A stretch of 64,000 nucleotides of DNA. It comes from Balanoglossus misakiensis. Its lineage: Eukaryota; Animalia; Hemichordata. Under the pieces are notes generated by a model. It saw only the letters and a list, made by a program, of their open reading frames with translations, was not told the origin of the DNA and made no database searches. Of the stretch, positions 53,334-64,000 are shown in pieces; position 1 is the stretch's first letter, and every line of letters starts with the position of its first letter. A program made the position numbers and the translations under genes. Location of the stretch: assembly GCA_040954595.2 (NCBI GenBank), contig CM082588.2, positions 10,834,844 to 10,898,843 on the forward strand. Reading direction: 5' to 3'.

Positions 53334-56300
53334 ATGGCGGATGCTTTGGCGTCTGTTCCCAGTAGCAGTGGTAAACGTAAACGTGCTCGTGGCCGCCCAC
53401 AAACCACTGCTTCGGCAAAAAAACGTAAACAATTGCTGAAACAAGTAGGTCAGATAAACATTTTCTCGGAAATTCATCGTTGGAATGAAATCAAACGCTC
53501 CTTGGTATTGGAAACGAACCGCCAGGTCGCAAAGGTACTGATCGACCGGTAAGTACATATTCGTGCATTCACTGTGTACGTACTCCATAGCCAAAGATAC
53601 GGCATGAATTGTGTACATGAATTTAGAATCTGTGTCTCACAGAATCACTGCGAGCATCATCTCAATGTAATTCTAAATGTGCTGTTTCAAGTCGTATTTC
53701 ACTTAGTGATTTTGCCCAGCGCATACCTCGCCCTCGACCAGCAGTTGTATGTAGTACGCTGGACCGTTTGTATCAATGTATGACTATGCGAGATAAATTG
53801 TACGGTACTGCAATTTTTTTTTTTTTTTCTTTTTTTTCCTCCGGACAATCTACATGTATTACTGTTATCGAACATACGAGACAATATGCTTTTAGCGGAA
53901 TTTGGTTGTTCTTTGTTCTGCTACAACTTCCGTTTTGTTATAGCCAGTTGTGTACATTTCTTGAGCTGTATATGAACTGAAGAAAAATTTGGCTATTTTC
54001 TCGTAGTTATCTTATTCTCACCTTACGTGTCTGTAACCTGTCCTCTGAGGCAAATTATGGCTGTGTGTAATCCCTTCTAAAGACAGAAATTGGCTACGTA
54101 AACAAGCCATTGTAAAGGCAAAAAAGGTTCATTGTGTCTTATTATTTGTGTGGACAGGTATTATGAACATCAAGTTACAGCAACAACAGATGCAGAATTT
54201 ACCAGGCCTGCATCATCTCCAAGTGGCCAAGAAACACTGCAAGTATTTGCACCGTCTATGGAAACTAGGTACCAAATAAATTTTGATCATGATACTTTGA
54301 GCTTTGTATAGTACACAATAGATTTTCATATTTGATGGGGCTCTTGCAGTATACATGATGTATATTGTTTTAAAGAGGTGACATGTTTTTATGGCTCATG
54401 AAAAGTAATTGTGTCCGTAATATAATTTATAGAAATGAAACAATGAAATGTTGCATTCCACATAGTTATCTGTGTGATAGATGGGAATACCTAAAAGTAT
54501 ATATTTGTTTCTTAAAATTTATAGGCAACGTGATGATCAAGGACAAGCCACCCAAACTTTTCCTATGACATCAACGCCAGGAAATGGCCATCTTTGTGAT
54601 ATCGAAAAAAATTTAGAAGAATTAGTTGCATCAGAAATATCATCAGTCAGGTAGGTGTTTAAGCACTGTTTTTTTACATTACATGATAATTTCAATGCTT
54701 CTAGCCACAATCTGTAGTATGAGGAAAAGCCTCTGCTCAAACTCTCAGGTGACAATAATCAACATAACAATGGCGAAGTATACCTGACATTTGCCCTCCA
54801 ATAAACAACCAAAATCATCCTATACAATTTATTCAGTGTGTTGACCAAGACATTCACGTCTATGGTTTTAATCCAGCAAACATAGGTTTTTCACTGCTTA
54901 CTGGTTGGGGGATTAGGGGGAACTGGAACCTACAACGTTTGTGCAGACCTAGTTTGTCATGTATCAAATTTTAGTCTTTTTTTTCTTTGTACAGGGTTTC
55001 TTCCATCTCTGGAATTGCAGAGATAGATGTTCAGGAGATAGGAGAATCATCACAAGAGAAACCTATGGAATCTACAGAAGGCCCATCACAGCCAGTACAA
55101 AGTGAAAGGTATGACACTATCTTTTCTTACACTCCCCGTACGCTGGGAGTGTGAGAACAGAGTGTGGGAACAAATTGTTCTCACAATCTCACTGAATAGA
55201 AAGCTGTATATGACGTGAGTGCTGATTGGTTAACAAAGTGTTCTGTCGCTACGCGCACTAAATGTTATCCAATGGCGCGATGTGTATTACAGGCACAGAG
55301 ACTACAACGTGCCCCCAGACAACAATTCCAGAGTCATTTATTCAATGTTTTTAACGAACTTGGCTAATTTGTGACCGTGTGAGAAAAAGAATCTCACACA
55401 CCAAGGACCTGGGATCATATTTCTCACACTCGTCGGGGATATTCTGTCCCACACGAGCCTGCGGCTCGTGTGGGACAGAAAATCCCCAACTCTTGTGAGA
55501 AATGTGATCCCAGGTCCTTGGGAGTGTGAGATTCTATTAATCTGAAGATAAACTGTAGTTAGGTAAACTTTTATAGTGAAATGTGGCTTTCCCCCCTCTT
55601 TTGTACCTTTTGTGATAAACATTAATCTCCTGCTTTAGGACAAAAGCAGGAGCGACTGCTTTACATACATGTAAATGTACTAATTTCTAACTCCCTTGCT
55701 TATGCTTGTGTGAATAAGTTATTCTGTGTAGCTATCAACATGAAAATATTTCTTAGAAAGCAAAATGGCAAATGTTTACCAAGCACCCTAAATTTACTTG
55801 TGTGAAACCAAGATAGAGAGGAACCTGTAAAAATAAGCAGTGATGCTGCTGTCCCTGTGTGCCCCTGTCACTTTGTTTCAGAGTTCAATTTTCATGTGTG
55901 TTATATTTAGTTCACAGCTGTAAATTAGTTCAGTACATATTGCCGTCTCATGTGTGCCTATTTTGTCATTTTTTTCTCCAGCGGCCGTGTAAGATTTCCA
56001 AGAAATTTGTCTGAGTCTTTCATCAATCCATTTGAGTAAGTTTTCCTTATTCTATTGTCATATACGGCATGCATGTATCCCTTGCTTGAGCAAGCCTTTT
56101 CGATTGCTTCTTTTCTCCTGTTACACTAAATTTAAATTTGTTGGGAAAATCAGTTTCATGACATGCATCACGTGTGTCAGAACATTTGCTTGTACTTAAA
56201 TTCATGGGAAATGTTTTCTTTCTTTTTTGTGCTTATGAGTGACTATATGTATTTTTAGTGAGCAGCATTGTCCCACTATTCAGATTAATTCCTTGGTTTT

Positions 56301-56708
56301 ATTACTACCAGGTTGAGCATTGATATTTCTGAGGAAGACAAAGAGGAAGACATGAACCTATGTGACGATGATGATTATGACTATGAGCCCAGCTTTGATA
56401 TTTCTATAATGTAAGTGCGCATTTATCACTATCATCAAAGTTCCTTATTGGATGGGTACACAACAAATGGAAAGCAAAATATCCTCATGGTTAAAAAAAG
56501 CCTAAGTGTTGGACGCTAAAATTCATATATATGATAAATTTTCTTTTATGAATGAAACATCAACTTACAACATTTGTACTAACAGCTGACTGACAAACTC
56601 TGATGGACAAGTCATGAGCATTGTTAGGATTTTTTGTCCATTTCTCAGAACTAATGGCGTGCAGGTGGTTCCTGCCATTGGTGACGACGATATTGAAAGT
56701 GACGGTGG

Positions 56709-56742
<34 letters not shown>

Positions 56743-59084
56743 ACACCATCACCGGGTCTGCAGAGAGTTGTCACAGAAGAAGATGGGGAAAGCCTCCTTG
56801 GTGACTCTACAACATGTCTGTTTTTTTTAACCAGCTTCTGGCCCTTGGCAAAAAATCTATTAGGCAAGTCTGTGCATTGAAGTCTTGCAGTGGATTGATA
56901 TCCTCTACTTCAAAGTTTGTTGGCTCAGCTTTATATCTAAAGTGGGTGAGTGTGAACTAAATATGGTATATTCTTGACAATTATTGTTAAACTATACCAA
57001 CTGTAGTGTGCATTGTATGGACAATCACTATGCCAGTATTATTTAGATGAACAGGAAACTCTAGTTATAATCCTATGTGGGTGCACATTGTTCCTTTAGG
57101 TTTATAATAAAAAACAATAGTCAACTGAAATTACAAAGTTATCGGTATTAACATCTGTTTTATCGTGTCTTGGAGAAATCAACATGAAATGATCAAATAA
57201 GCATGAATCTTTAAACTTTTTTTTTTCAGGAATGCTCAGCTGGTCACCTTGAGTACGAATGGTGTTCACAACCAATTTTGAACAGGAGACTTCATAGTGG
57301 TGATCTCTTCACAGCAGCTGCCATTCTATTGTCTGGTAATAATTATGCCAAAATTAATTTTTTGGCAAGCATTCTGTCACTCAGAATTTGCTCCCAGAAT
57401 ACTTACAATAGAATTCAGAAAGCTTATCTAATACCATGTCTTGATGAATTTTGGATACGACAACAACAAGACATCATTGATTCATTTGATGGCCAAGAAC
57501 TTGTTTTACTGGGTAAGTTTTTAGCTTCATTGTTAATGACACGCACCTAATCTGATTGGCTCACCCCACTGATTATCCATCACATGTCGGCCAATGCACT
57601 TGTAATTTATGTCTAAAAGTTTATACTTACACACTCTATTCTGCTGATTTAGAAAAGAATACAATAGTTATTATTTGGTGGCATTTACTTCCTCATTTGC
57701 ATCATTTCATACTCATTGTAAAATCATTGAATTGGAAATGTTCTCACTTATGCATACTTATGTATAATTTGACTGACATATTTACTTGATTATGTCTCAG
57801 GTGATGGGCGAATGGATTCCCCGGGTTTTTGTGCGCAATATTGCACCTATACTGTGATGGAGGAAACCACCAAGAAAATTCTGTCGATAATAACCATGGA
57901 CAAAAGAGAAACAGAGAAGAAGTCAACAAACATGGAAAAGGCCTGCCTTGTTAAAAGTCTAAACCAGCTTCAGGAGAAAGGTGTAAATGTCAAAGAAGTC
58001 GTAACAGATGCCCACATGCAGATTACAGCTCTGATGAGTAAGTGTAATTTTATGATTTTAAGATGGGTCCCTAGGATCTTTTTGCCCGTTGCTATGGGCC
58101 TTTATAGGACATTACACCCCGATTTGGACTAAGCCGTTTTCAGAGTCTAACAAGGGGCTGGTAACTAGTTGAAAATCTGCACGATTGTGAGCGCGCGCCC
58201 CCTGACGCCATTGATATGCAAATTAGCTAGGTCAAATTTCAAAAGCCTAAGGCTTTTTATTCCGTGACCTCAAAAACGAACTTGATACGTATTCATTAGT
58301 TGCTTGAACCAGGGAAGATCGTGACGGATTTTGTTTTCGAATATTATCGTTGTATCCTACGATTTCAGCATACCCGTACCACACCTGAAAAAGTCATCGA
58401 TTTTGGGTGTTTTTGGACGCACTCTTCCACCGGTATCGCTTCTTAGCACGACGAAAACCGAAAAAACGATCCGTCACACTATGCGGAAGTGCGTTCTCAA
58501 CAAGCAGGTCAAATTTGGCTGGCCTACGTCGCCTATGAAAAAAGCCTTAGGGATTTTCGTGAACGGTACAAAATCTCTGTGTACAAAACATTGGATATTT
58601 AGCGTTCGATCCAGTTACTGTGGTTACAGGACGCGCACGCTATCGGTGACTGCTGCTTTGCCGTATTAGCGTGGCGGCCTATGGCCGGGCGGTAGCTGCC
58701 GTAACCATACTCGGACAGGGGGTGTGCACACAATCGTGCGTATTTTTAACTAGTTACAAGCCCCTTGTCGGACGTTCATAACGGTTTCGATCAAAATTGA
58801 GTGTAGTGTCCTATAAAGGCCCATAGCAACGAGCAAAAAGATCCTAGGGACCCATCTTAACTTGGGTTATATGTTGCTTTGAAATGCCAAAAGCAAAGCT
58901 GTTATACAGGTCAATGTTGATTTTGTTTTTCTGAGATAATGTATTTGGCAATCATAACACTGTCATTTTGAAGCTCCATTTGTAATCACATTTACCCACT
59001 CTTATAGGAGACGATCACCCAGACATAAAACATTCTCATGACATTTGGCATGCTGCCAAGAACTTGTCAAAGAAGATCATAAAG
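53334..59084 (+). CDS. Kolobok-type DDE transposase, at least 10 exons, 3'-partial, one frameshift
   Basis: Phase-compatible GT-AG exons: 53334-53548, 54158-54268, 54525-54650, 54995-55108, 55982-56035, 56312-56410, 56649-56945, 57230-57512, 57801-58037, 59008-59084. Motifs: basic RGRP N-terminus, acidic linker, C..C/CxxGH..WCSQP, GDGRMDSPGFCAQYCTY, VVTDAH and HSHDIWH. One base is missing at the T8 run 56821-56828. Confidence 0.85.
55118..55537. mobile_element. Non-autonomous element with an IR pair plus ~70-bp-stem terminal hairpin (Crypton-like?), in Kolobok intron 4
   Basis: TCTTTTCTTACAC (55120) pairs with GTGTGAGAAAAAGA (55377), followed by a hairpin at 55389-55534 with apex CGAGCC-TGC-GGCTCG. 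Confidence 0.75.
58062..58856. mobile_element. TTAA-targeting MITE with ~130-bp TIRs (Kolobok- or Sola3-type), in Kolobok intron 9
   Basis: TTAA|GATGGGTCCCTAGGATCTTTTTGC ... GCAAAAAGATCCTAGGGACCCATC|TTAA; complementarity extends to GCACGATTGTG/CACAATCGTGC. Confidence 0.9.
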
Positions 59085-59342
59085 GTTAGACAAACTTTTA
59101 TTCTTGTATTCAGTTTTCATTTATCTTCTAAATATGTGTGACACTGACACATAAAAATGTAAGGGTATAGAATGTTACTAACTGATCCTTCTATCATTTT
59201 GGGTGGGGTGGGTGTCAAACTACCTTTGAAAATAGTTATGGCAATATTCAAATTGTGCAGTTGTTATTTGCATCAGTAAATGTCACAAACAAGTTCAGGT
59301 CTATGGTGAATAGTTATGAACCATCAGTTTATATCAGATCAT

Positions 59343-59496
59343 TGTGATAGTATTGTCATGATCACGTGATTGTCACATGGTCTGTATACGTGATTTCCTG
59401 TAACTGTTAGTTCCCGCGTGGTTGTCATTCAATAAACATCACTTCTGTGGAACTCCGTCGTTGTCGACTGTCAATAACCCCTCCCCGGACATCACA
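59343..59496 (+). repeat. 5' LTR (154 bp)
   Basis: TGTGAT...ATCACA termini and an internal AATAAA, lying 4 nt upstream of the PBS. Confidence 0.8.
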
Positions 59497-59500
59497 TAAA

Positions 59501-59513
59501 TGGCGACGAGGAT
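59501..59513 (+). other. Primer binding site, tRNA-Ser(GCT)-type
   Basis: TGGCGACGAGGAT is complementary to the 3' end ...AUCCUCGUCGCCA of metazoan tRNA-Ser(GCU) (recalled sequence). Confidence 0.8.
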
Positions 59514-59596
59514 TTAGTTGTCTAAATTAACTATCGAAGAACATACGCAAGCAACCTTTACGAGATTTGGTGACTTTTTAGCCGTGATTTGAGTGC

Positions 59597-61128
59597 ATGA
59601 AAATGTCTACACCCGTAACGCTGTCCGGACTGCCAGGAGTGGCGGGATTCGACTGTGAAGGCGAACCGGAGGCTCTTCAGCAAAGGTGGGAGCGTTGGCT
59701 TCAGGAATTTGAACTGTTCGTAGCAGCTTCTGGTGTTTCAAATAATGCGCAGAAGCGTGCCTTACTTTTGCACATGGCTGGAGCGGGCATCAGAGACATT
59801 GTTAGCACTAAATCTGAAGATGAAACTGGTGACGTCACAAACTGCGCAACGTTGATAGCATGTTTGGATAAACACTTTCAACTGCAGAAAAACGTTCCTA
59901 TGGCGAGACAGAAGTTTTACAGCGCAACTCCCACGTCCGGGGAGACGGTCGACAGCTACGTAATACGTCTCAAGAACCTACTGAAAGACTGTGACGGAAA
60001 AAGACAACCAGATAAGAGATCGTGTCTTGCTCTACATCAGCGACAAGGTGCTAAAAAGCAAGCTGTATCGTGAAAAGAATTTGGACACTACCAAACTACT
60101 ACAAATCATACGGTCGTATCACGACAAAGATGCACTAGTTTTGGTGTCTGGTACTCAAGCTGTGAGTGCAAATGCAGTCAATATTGGCGGTAAACGTACG
60201 CGCGCCAAAAACAAAATGGCGGACTTAGCCTGTTTCCGTTGTGGAAGGAAAGGTCACATGCAACGTGAATGTCGCGCCAGTACAAGTGGTAGTTCTCGCA
60301 ATGCCGAACAAAAATCCGACCGGTGTTTCCGATGTCAAAAACCGGGACACAGAGCTGCAGACTGTCGTGCTAAGTGGGAAGACTGTCCGTCTAAAGACAG
60401 TGAAAATGGCAACAGTCGAGGCAGTGGTGGTAACCGCAGCGCACGTGGACGTGGCCGTACGCGTGGTGATGGTCGCGGTACACACAAGGTAGCTCAGACG
60501 ACTACTGATGCAAACGCCGATGGTGGCCATGCAGACGTCGAGACTGACGAGGAGAAAGCGTACTATGCTTTCAATGCTGCTTTCCGTGCTTCCAGTGGGA
60601 AGGACCTCACTGATACAGGTATTCAGATCGAGAATCAACACGTGCCGGTTATCATCGACAGTGGTGCTACATGTAATCTCATTGGTGAAAGACAATTTCG
60701 CAGACTTGCTGAAAAGCGTGGTGTGAAAGTTCGAAATTGTAACAATAAAGTGTTTACCTATGGTTCTAGTAAACCTTTAGATATATTGGGTAAATGTGCC
60801 TTACATGTTGAAGCGCCTACTAAAAAGAAATGTATTGCTGATTTTATAGTGATCAAGGCTGATCAACCGATTTTGTTGAGTCGGAGTACTTCTGAGAATT
60901 TAGATATGTTGAGAGTTGGAAATGTGAATCTGTACACGATAAATTCAATATCTGCTGATAATTCTTCGCCAATTCTTGCAGAATTGCGGAGGAAATATCC
61001 TGAGGTATTTAATGGGTTGGGTAAGTTAAAGGGCTACAAGCTCCATTTGCATATTGATGAGAGTGTCAAACCCATAGCCCAGTACCGGCGAATTCCTTTC
61101 AACCGCCGTGCTAAAGTTGTTGAAAAAA
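59597..61128 (+). CDS. gag: Gag plus aspartic protease, frameshifted near 59995
   Basis: RWERWLQEFELF...KRALLLH gag N-terminus; knuckles CFRCGRKGHMQREC and CFRCQKPGHRAADC; protease IIDSGATCNLI. Split across ORFs 59597-60073 and 59991-61217. Confidence 0.9.
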
Positions 61129-63927
61129 CTCAACGAGCTTCAAAAGCTGGGAGTAATAGAGAAGGTTTCGGGTCCGACCTCTTGGGTCAACCCCCTTGTA
61201 ACAGTACAAAAGCCTGATGGGGATATCAGACTATGTCTGGACATGAGAAAAGCAAATCAAGCCATTGTTAGGGAAAGACACCCTGTTCCCACCATGGATG
61301 AAACGCTAGAGGAAATTTCAGGGGCCAAGGTATTTTGCAAGCTTGATATGAATATGGCTTTCCATCAAATTGAGCTCGATGAAAAGAGCAGGGATATTAC
61401 AACCTTTTCAGGGCCCAACTCTTTGTATCGCTACAAGCGTTTAGTTTTTGGTGTGAACATGGCGACTGAAAAGTTTCAAAATCTAATTAGCCAGGTTTTG
61501 AAGGGCTGTGAGGGTGCCCACAACATGCATGATGATATTAGAGTAGTAGCTGAAAATTATGAGCAGCTGCATGCCAGAGTTGGGAAAGTGATCAAGCGTT
61601 TTAGTGAGCATGGTTTAACGCTGAACTTTACAAAATGTAAGCTAGGAGACAGTATGATATTCATGGGTCACTTGATGACGGCCCAGGGTATGAAACTCAC
61701 TGATGAGAAGGTCAAAGCTATTGTAAAAGCTCGAACGCCAACTGACAAATCAGAATTGAGAAGTTTCTTTGGGCTGGCTCAATTTTGCTCAAAATATGTC
61801 GATAAATTTGCAACAGTGACAAGCCCACTGTGGGATTTGACTCGCAAAGATGCAAAGTGGAAATGGCTTCCCAAGCATGAGAAAGTATTCAATCTCATCA
61901 AACATAAATTGACCACAAGTCCATTCATGGCTTATTTCAAGCAGGGTGCTAAAACTCGAGTCACTTCTGATGCATCGCCCGTTGGTGTTGGAGCAATCCT
62001 TGAACAAATGCAAAGTAATGGTTCATATCAACCAGTGTACTATGTTAGCAGAAAGCTTACACATGTTGAGTCGAGGTACTCTCAGTTTGAGCGAGAGGCG
62101 CTTGGAGTTAAATGGGCATGTGAGAAACTTCAGCAGTTTCTGCTAGGCAGTCATTTTGAGGTCAGAACTGACCATAAGCCTTTATTGAAAGTATTCAGCC
62201 CTAACTCCAGGCCCCCTTCAGCTAGAATTGAGAGATGGCTGTTATATATGCAACAATTTGATTATCATATCACCCATATCAAGGGAAAGAATAATTATGC
62301 GGACATGTTGAGTAGATTGCCCGTGGACGAACCATCTGACAACTATTGTAGAGAGACTGAAGATTTTGCATGTAGTGTTGTTTTAGAGGCTATGCCATCT
62401 GCTATCACCCCACGTGATATTGAGAGAGAATCTGCAAAAGACCAGAGCTTGCAATTGGTTGAAAAGTGTATTACCTCTGCAAATTGGTCAAAATTGAAGT
62501 CTTCACCCTATTGGCATGTGAAAGACGAATTATGGTTGTATGGCAGATTGATCATGCGTGGTAACAGATTGGTTGTTCCTCAAGTTTTGCAAAGAAAAAT
62601 CTTGAAAATTGCACACCAGGGTCATCAGGGAATTGTGAGGACAAAGGCTCGTTTACGTGACAGAGTTTGGTGGCCAGGAATGGACAGGGATGTGGAAAAA
62701 CTGATACGATCCTGTCATCCATGTCAATTGGTCAGTGCCAGGCCAAACCCAGAGCCATTATTACCCACACAGTTACCTGAAGGACCATGGTTCGATTTAG
62801 CAGTTGATCTTTTGGATGTATGTGATGGTGAGAAATTACTAGTGGTAACTGATTTATACTCTAGATGGCCTGAAGTAGTTTTGTTAAAGAAAACAGATGC
62901 TGCCCATGTCATAAAAGCCATGGAAGCTATGTTTCTTACACATGGGTTGCCTTACTGTGTCAAATCAGACAATGGTCCACCTTTTACCTCAGCCGAGTTT
63001 GAAGGTTTCCTTGATTACTTAGGTATTGATCATGAATATTCCATTCCATACTGGCCTCAGAGCAATGGAAGTGTTGAGAGGCTGAATGAAATAATTTTGA
63101 AGTCTGTACGAATTGCTAAATTGCAAAAGAAAAGTTGGTACAAAGATTTGACACATTTTCTATTTGAATATAGAAATACACCCCATACTGTGACAGGCAT
63201 ATCTCCTGCTATGGCTCTGATGGGAAGAGAGTTTAGGGACAAAATTCCTAGACTGAGAATTCCATCCCAAACAATCAATGAGTCTGATTGGCAAATCAAA
63301 ATGAGAGAAAGAAACAACAGAATGAAAATGAAACAAAAGTTCTATGCCGACAACAGGAGACATGCCACTTCCTCAGATATCAGGGAAGGTGATACTGTTT
63401 TGCTCCAGCAAGCATTTAGGCAAAACAAACTCACTCCCAATTTCGAGACAGAACCATACAAAGTCATCCAGAAAGATGGAGGTGCGTTAGTATTGGAAAA
63501 CTCCAAAGGTGTAAAAAGAAGGTCCACTGGACATGTAAAGAAATATGTTGAGGAATATCCAGAATTTTCCTTCCAGGGCACTGAATGGAACTCCAAACAT
63601 TTGACATATGAACAACCTCAAAGGGTTCAAAATGGTGTTCCATCCTGTAACCCCCATATCCATGATTTGTCTACACATAACAACCTGGATAACTTGCCAG
63701 TATAACCCGTCTGTTCTAGTCAGAAATCAACTGGACCAGCATGTCCTAGTCCTGTTTCACCTACTGGTACAGCATCGTTGGAAACGATTGTAAATGTTCC
63801 TCCAACAATGCCAGTGACAAATTCACCTAAGACAAATGTAAACCCCAATAGTACTGATGTGAGACGCTCAACAAGAATAAAATCTAAACCTCCTTGGCAC
63901 AAAGACTATTGCATGCCAGAAGGATAG
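61108..63927 (+). CDS. pol: Pol (RT, RNase H, integrase) with a premature TAA at 63703
   Basis: RT motifs WVNPLV, RLCLDMR, LDMNMAFHQI and NMHDDI. RNase H motifs DAS, EREAL and TDHKPL. Integrase H-H-C-C zinc finger, VDL, SDNGPPF and SNGSVER. The same frame continues past TAA 63703-63705 to RRSTR..PPWHKDY and TAG at 63925-63927. Confidence 0.95.
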
Positions 63928-64000
63928 ATTATATTGACATAAGACTGTCCACAAACATTATGGAATGAGTTTCTGTAGAGCAAATTTTCTCTTGGAGATT

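Larger units (their letters stand above)
53042..64000 (+). mobile_element. Kolobok DNA transposon, left part (right end lies outside the window)
   Basis: Terminus TTAA|AGGGACAAAGTCTCTCT (5'-RR end, TTAA target) followed by a spliced DDE transposase gene. Confidence 0.82.
59343..64000 (+). mobile_element. Gypsy (Ty3) LTR retrotransposon, Mag-like; 3' LTR outside the window
   Basis: 5' LTR, PBS, gag with two CCHC knuckles, and PR-RT-RNaseH-IN domain order. Confidence 0.95.

Noticed and set aside
56565-56867. Poly-Ser and poly-Met ORFs
   Set aside because: They are other frames of the (GAT)n poly-Asp tract in transposase exon 7.
61100-61140. Programmed gag-pol ribosomal frameshift
   Set aside because: The shift lies after the protease at the start of RT, is explained by one extra A in a homopolymer, and the element has other lesions.
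1523-63705. Genome-wide TAA=Gln reassignment (in-frame TAAs at 1523, 3283, ~11288 and 63703)
   Set aside because: The 865-aa pol and the transposase exons have many Gln codons, with no TAA in conserved domains. Scattered nonsense mutations in decaying sequence explain these cases more simply.

Overview
AT-rich eukaryotic DNA, probably from a marine invertebrate animal (inferred from GT-AG introns and the transposon repertoire), and almost entirely repeats and mobile elements. 1-12.5 kb: two Gln-rich exons that each carry an in-frame TAA, several MITEs, decayed Helentron-associated (HINE-like) repeats and a CpG-rich promoter-like segment. 12.8-30.7 kb: a nested satellite of ~900-bp units with internal 116-bp arrays, duplicated as a multi-kb block. 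It is interrupted by HINE elements and by a 3.2-kb foldback element with mirror-image 69-bp arrays, a ~400-bp inner hairpin and a captured BEL/Pao LTR-PBS-gag fragment. 33.2-48.8 kb: a ~193-bp satellite with higher-order structure. 48.8-52.7 kb: SINE remnants, a TSD-less hairpin element and a Kolobok MITE. From 53.0 kb to the window end: an intron-rich Kolobok DNA transposon (at least 10 exons) whose introns host two non-autonomous elements and a Mag-like Gypsy LTR retrotransposon. Most ORFs in the supplied track are repeat artefacts. All coordinates were read by eye, and family names come from recalled motifs rather than database searches.
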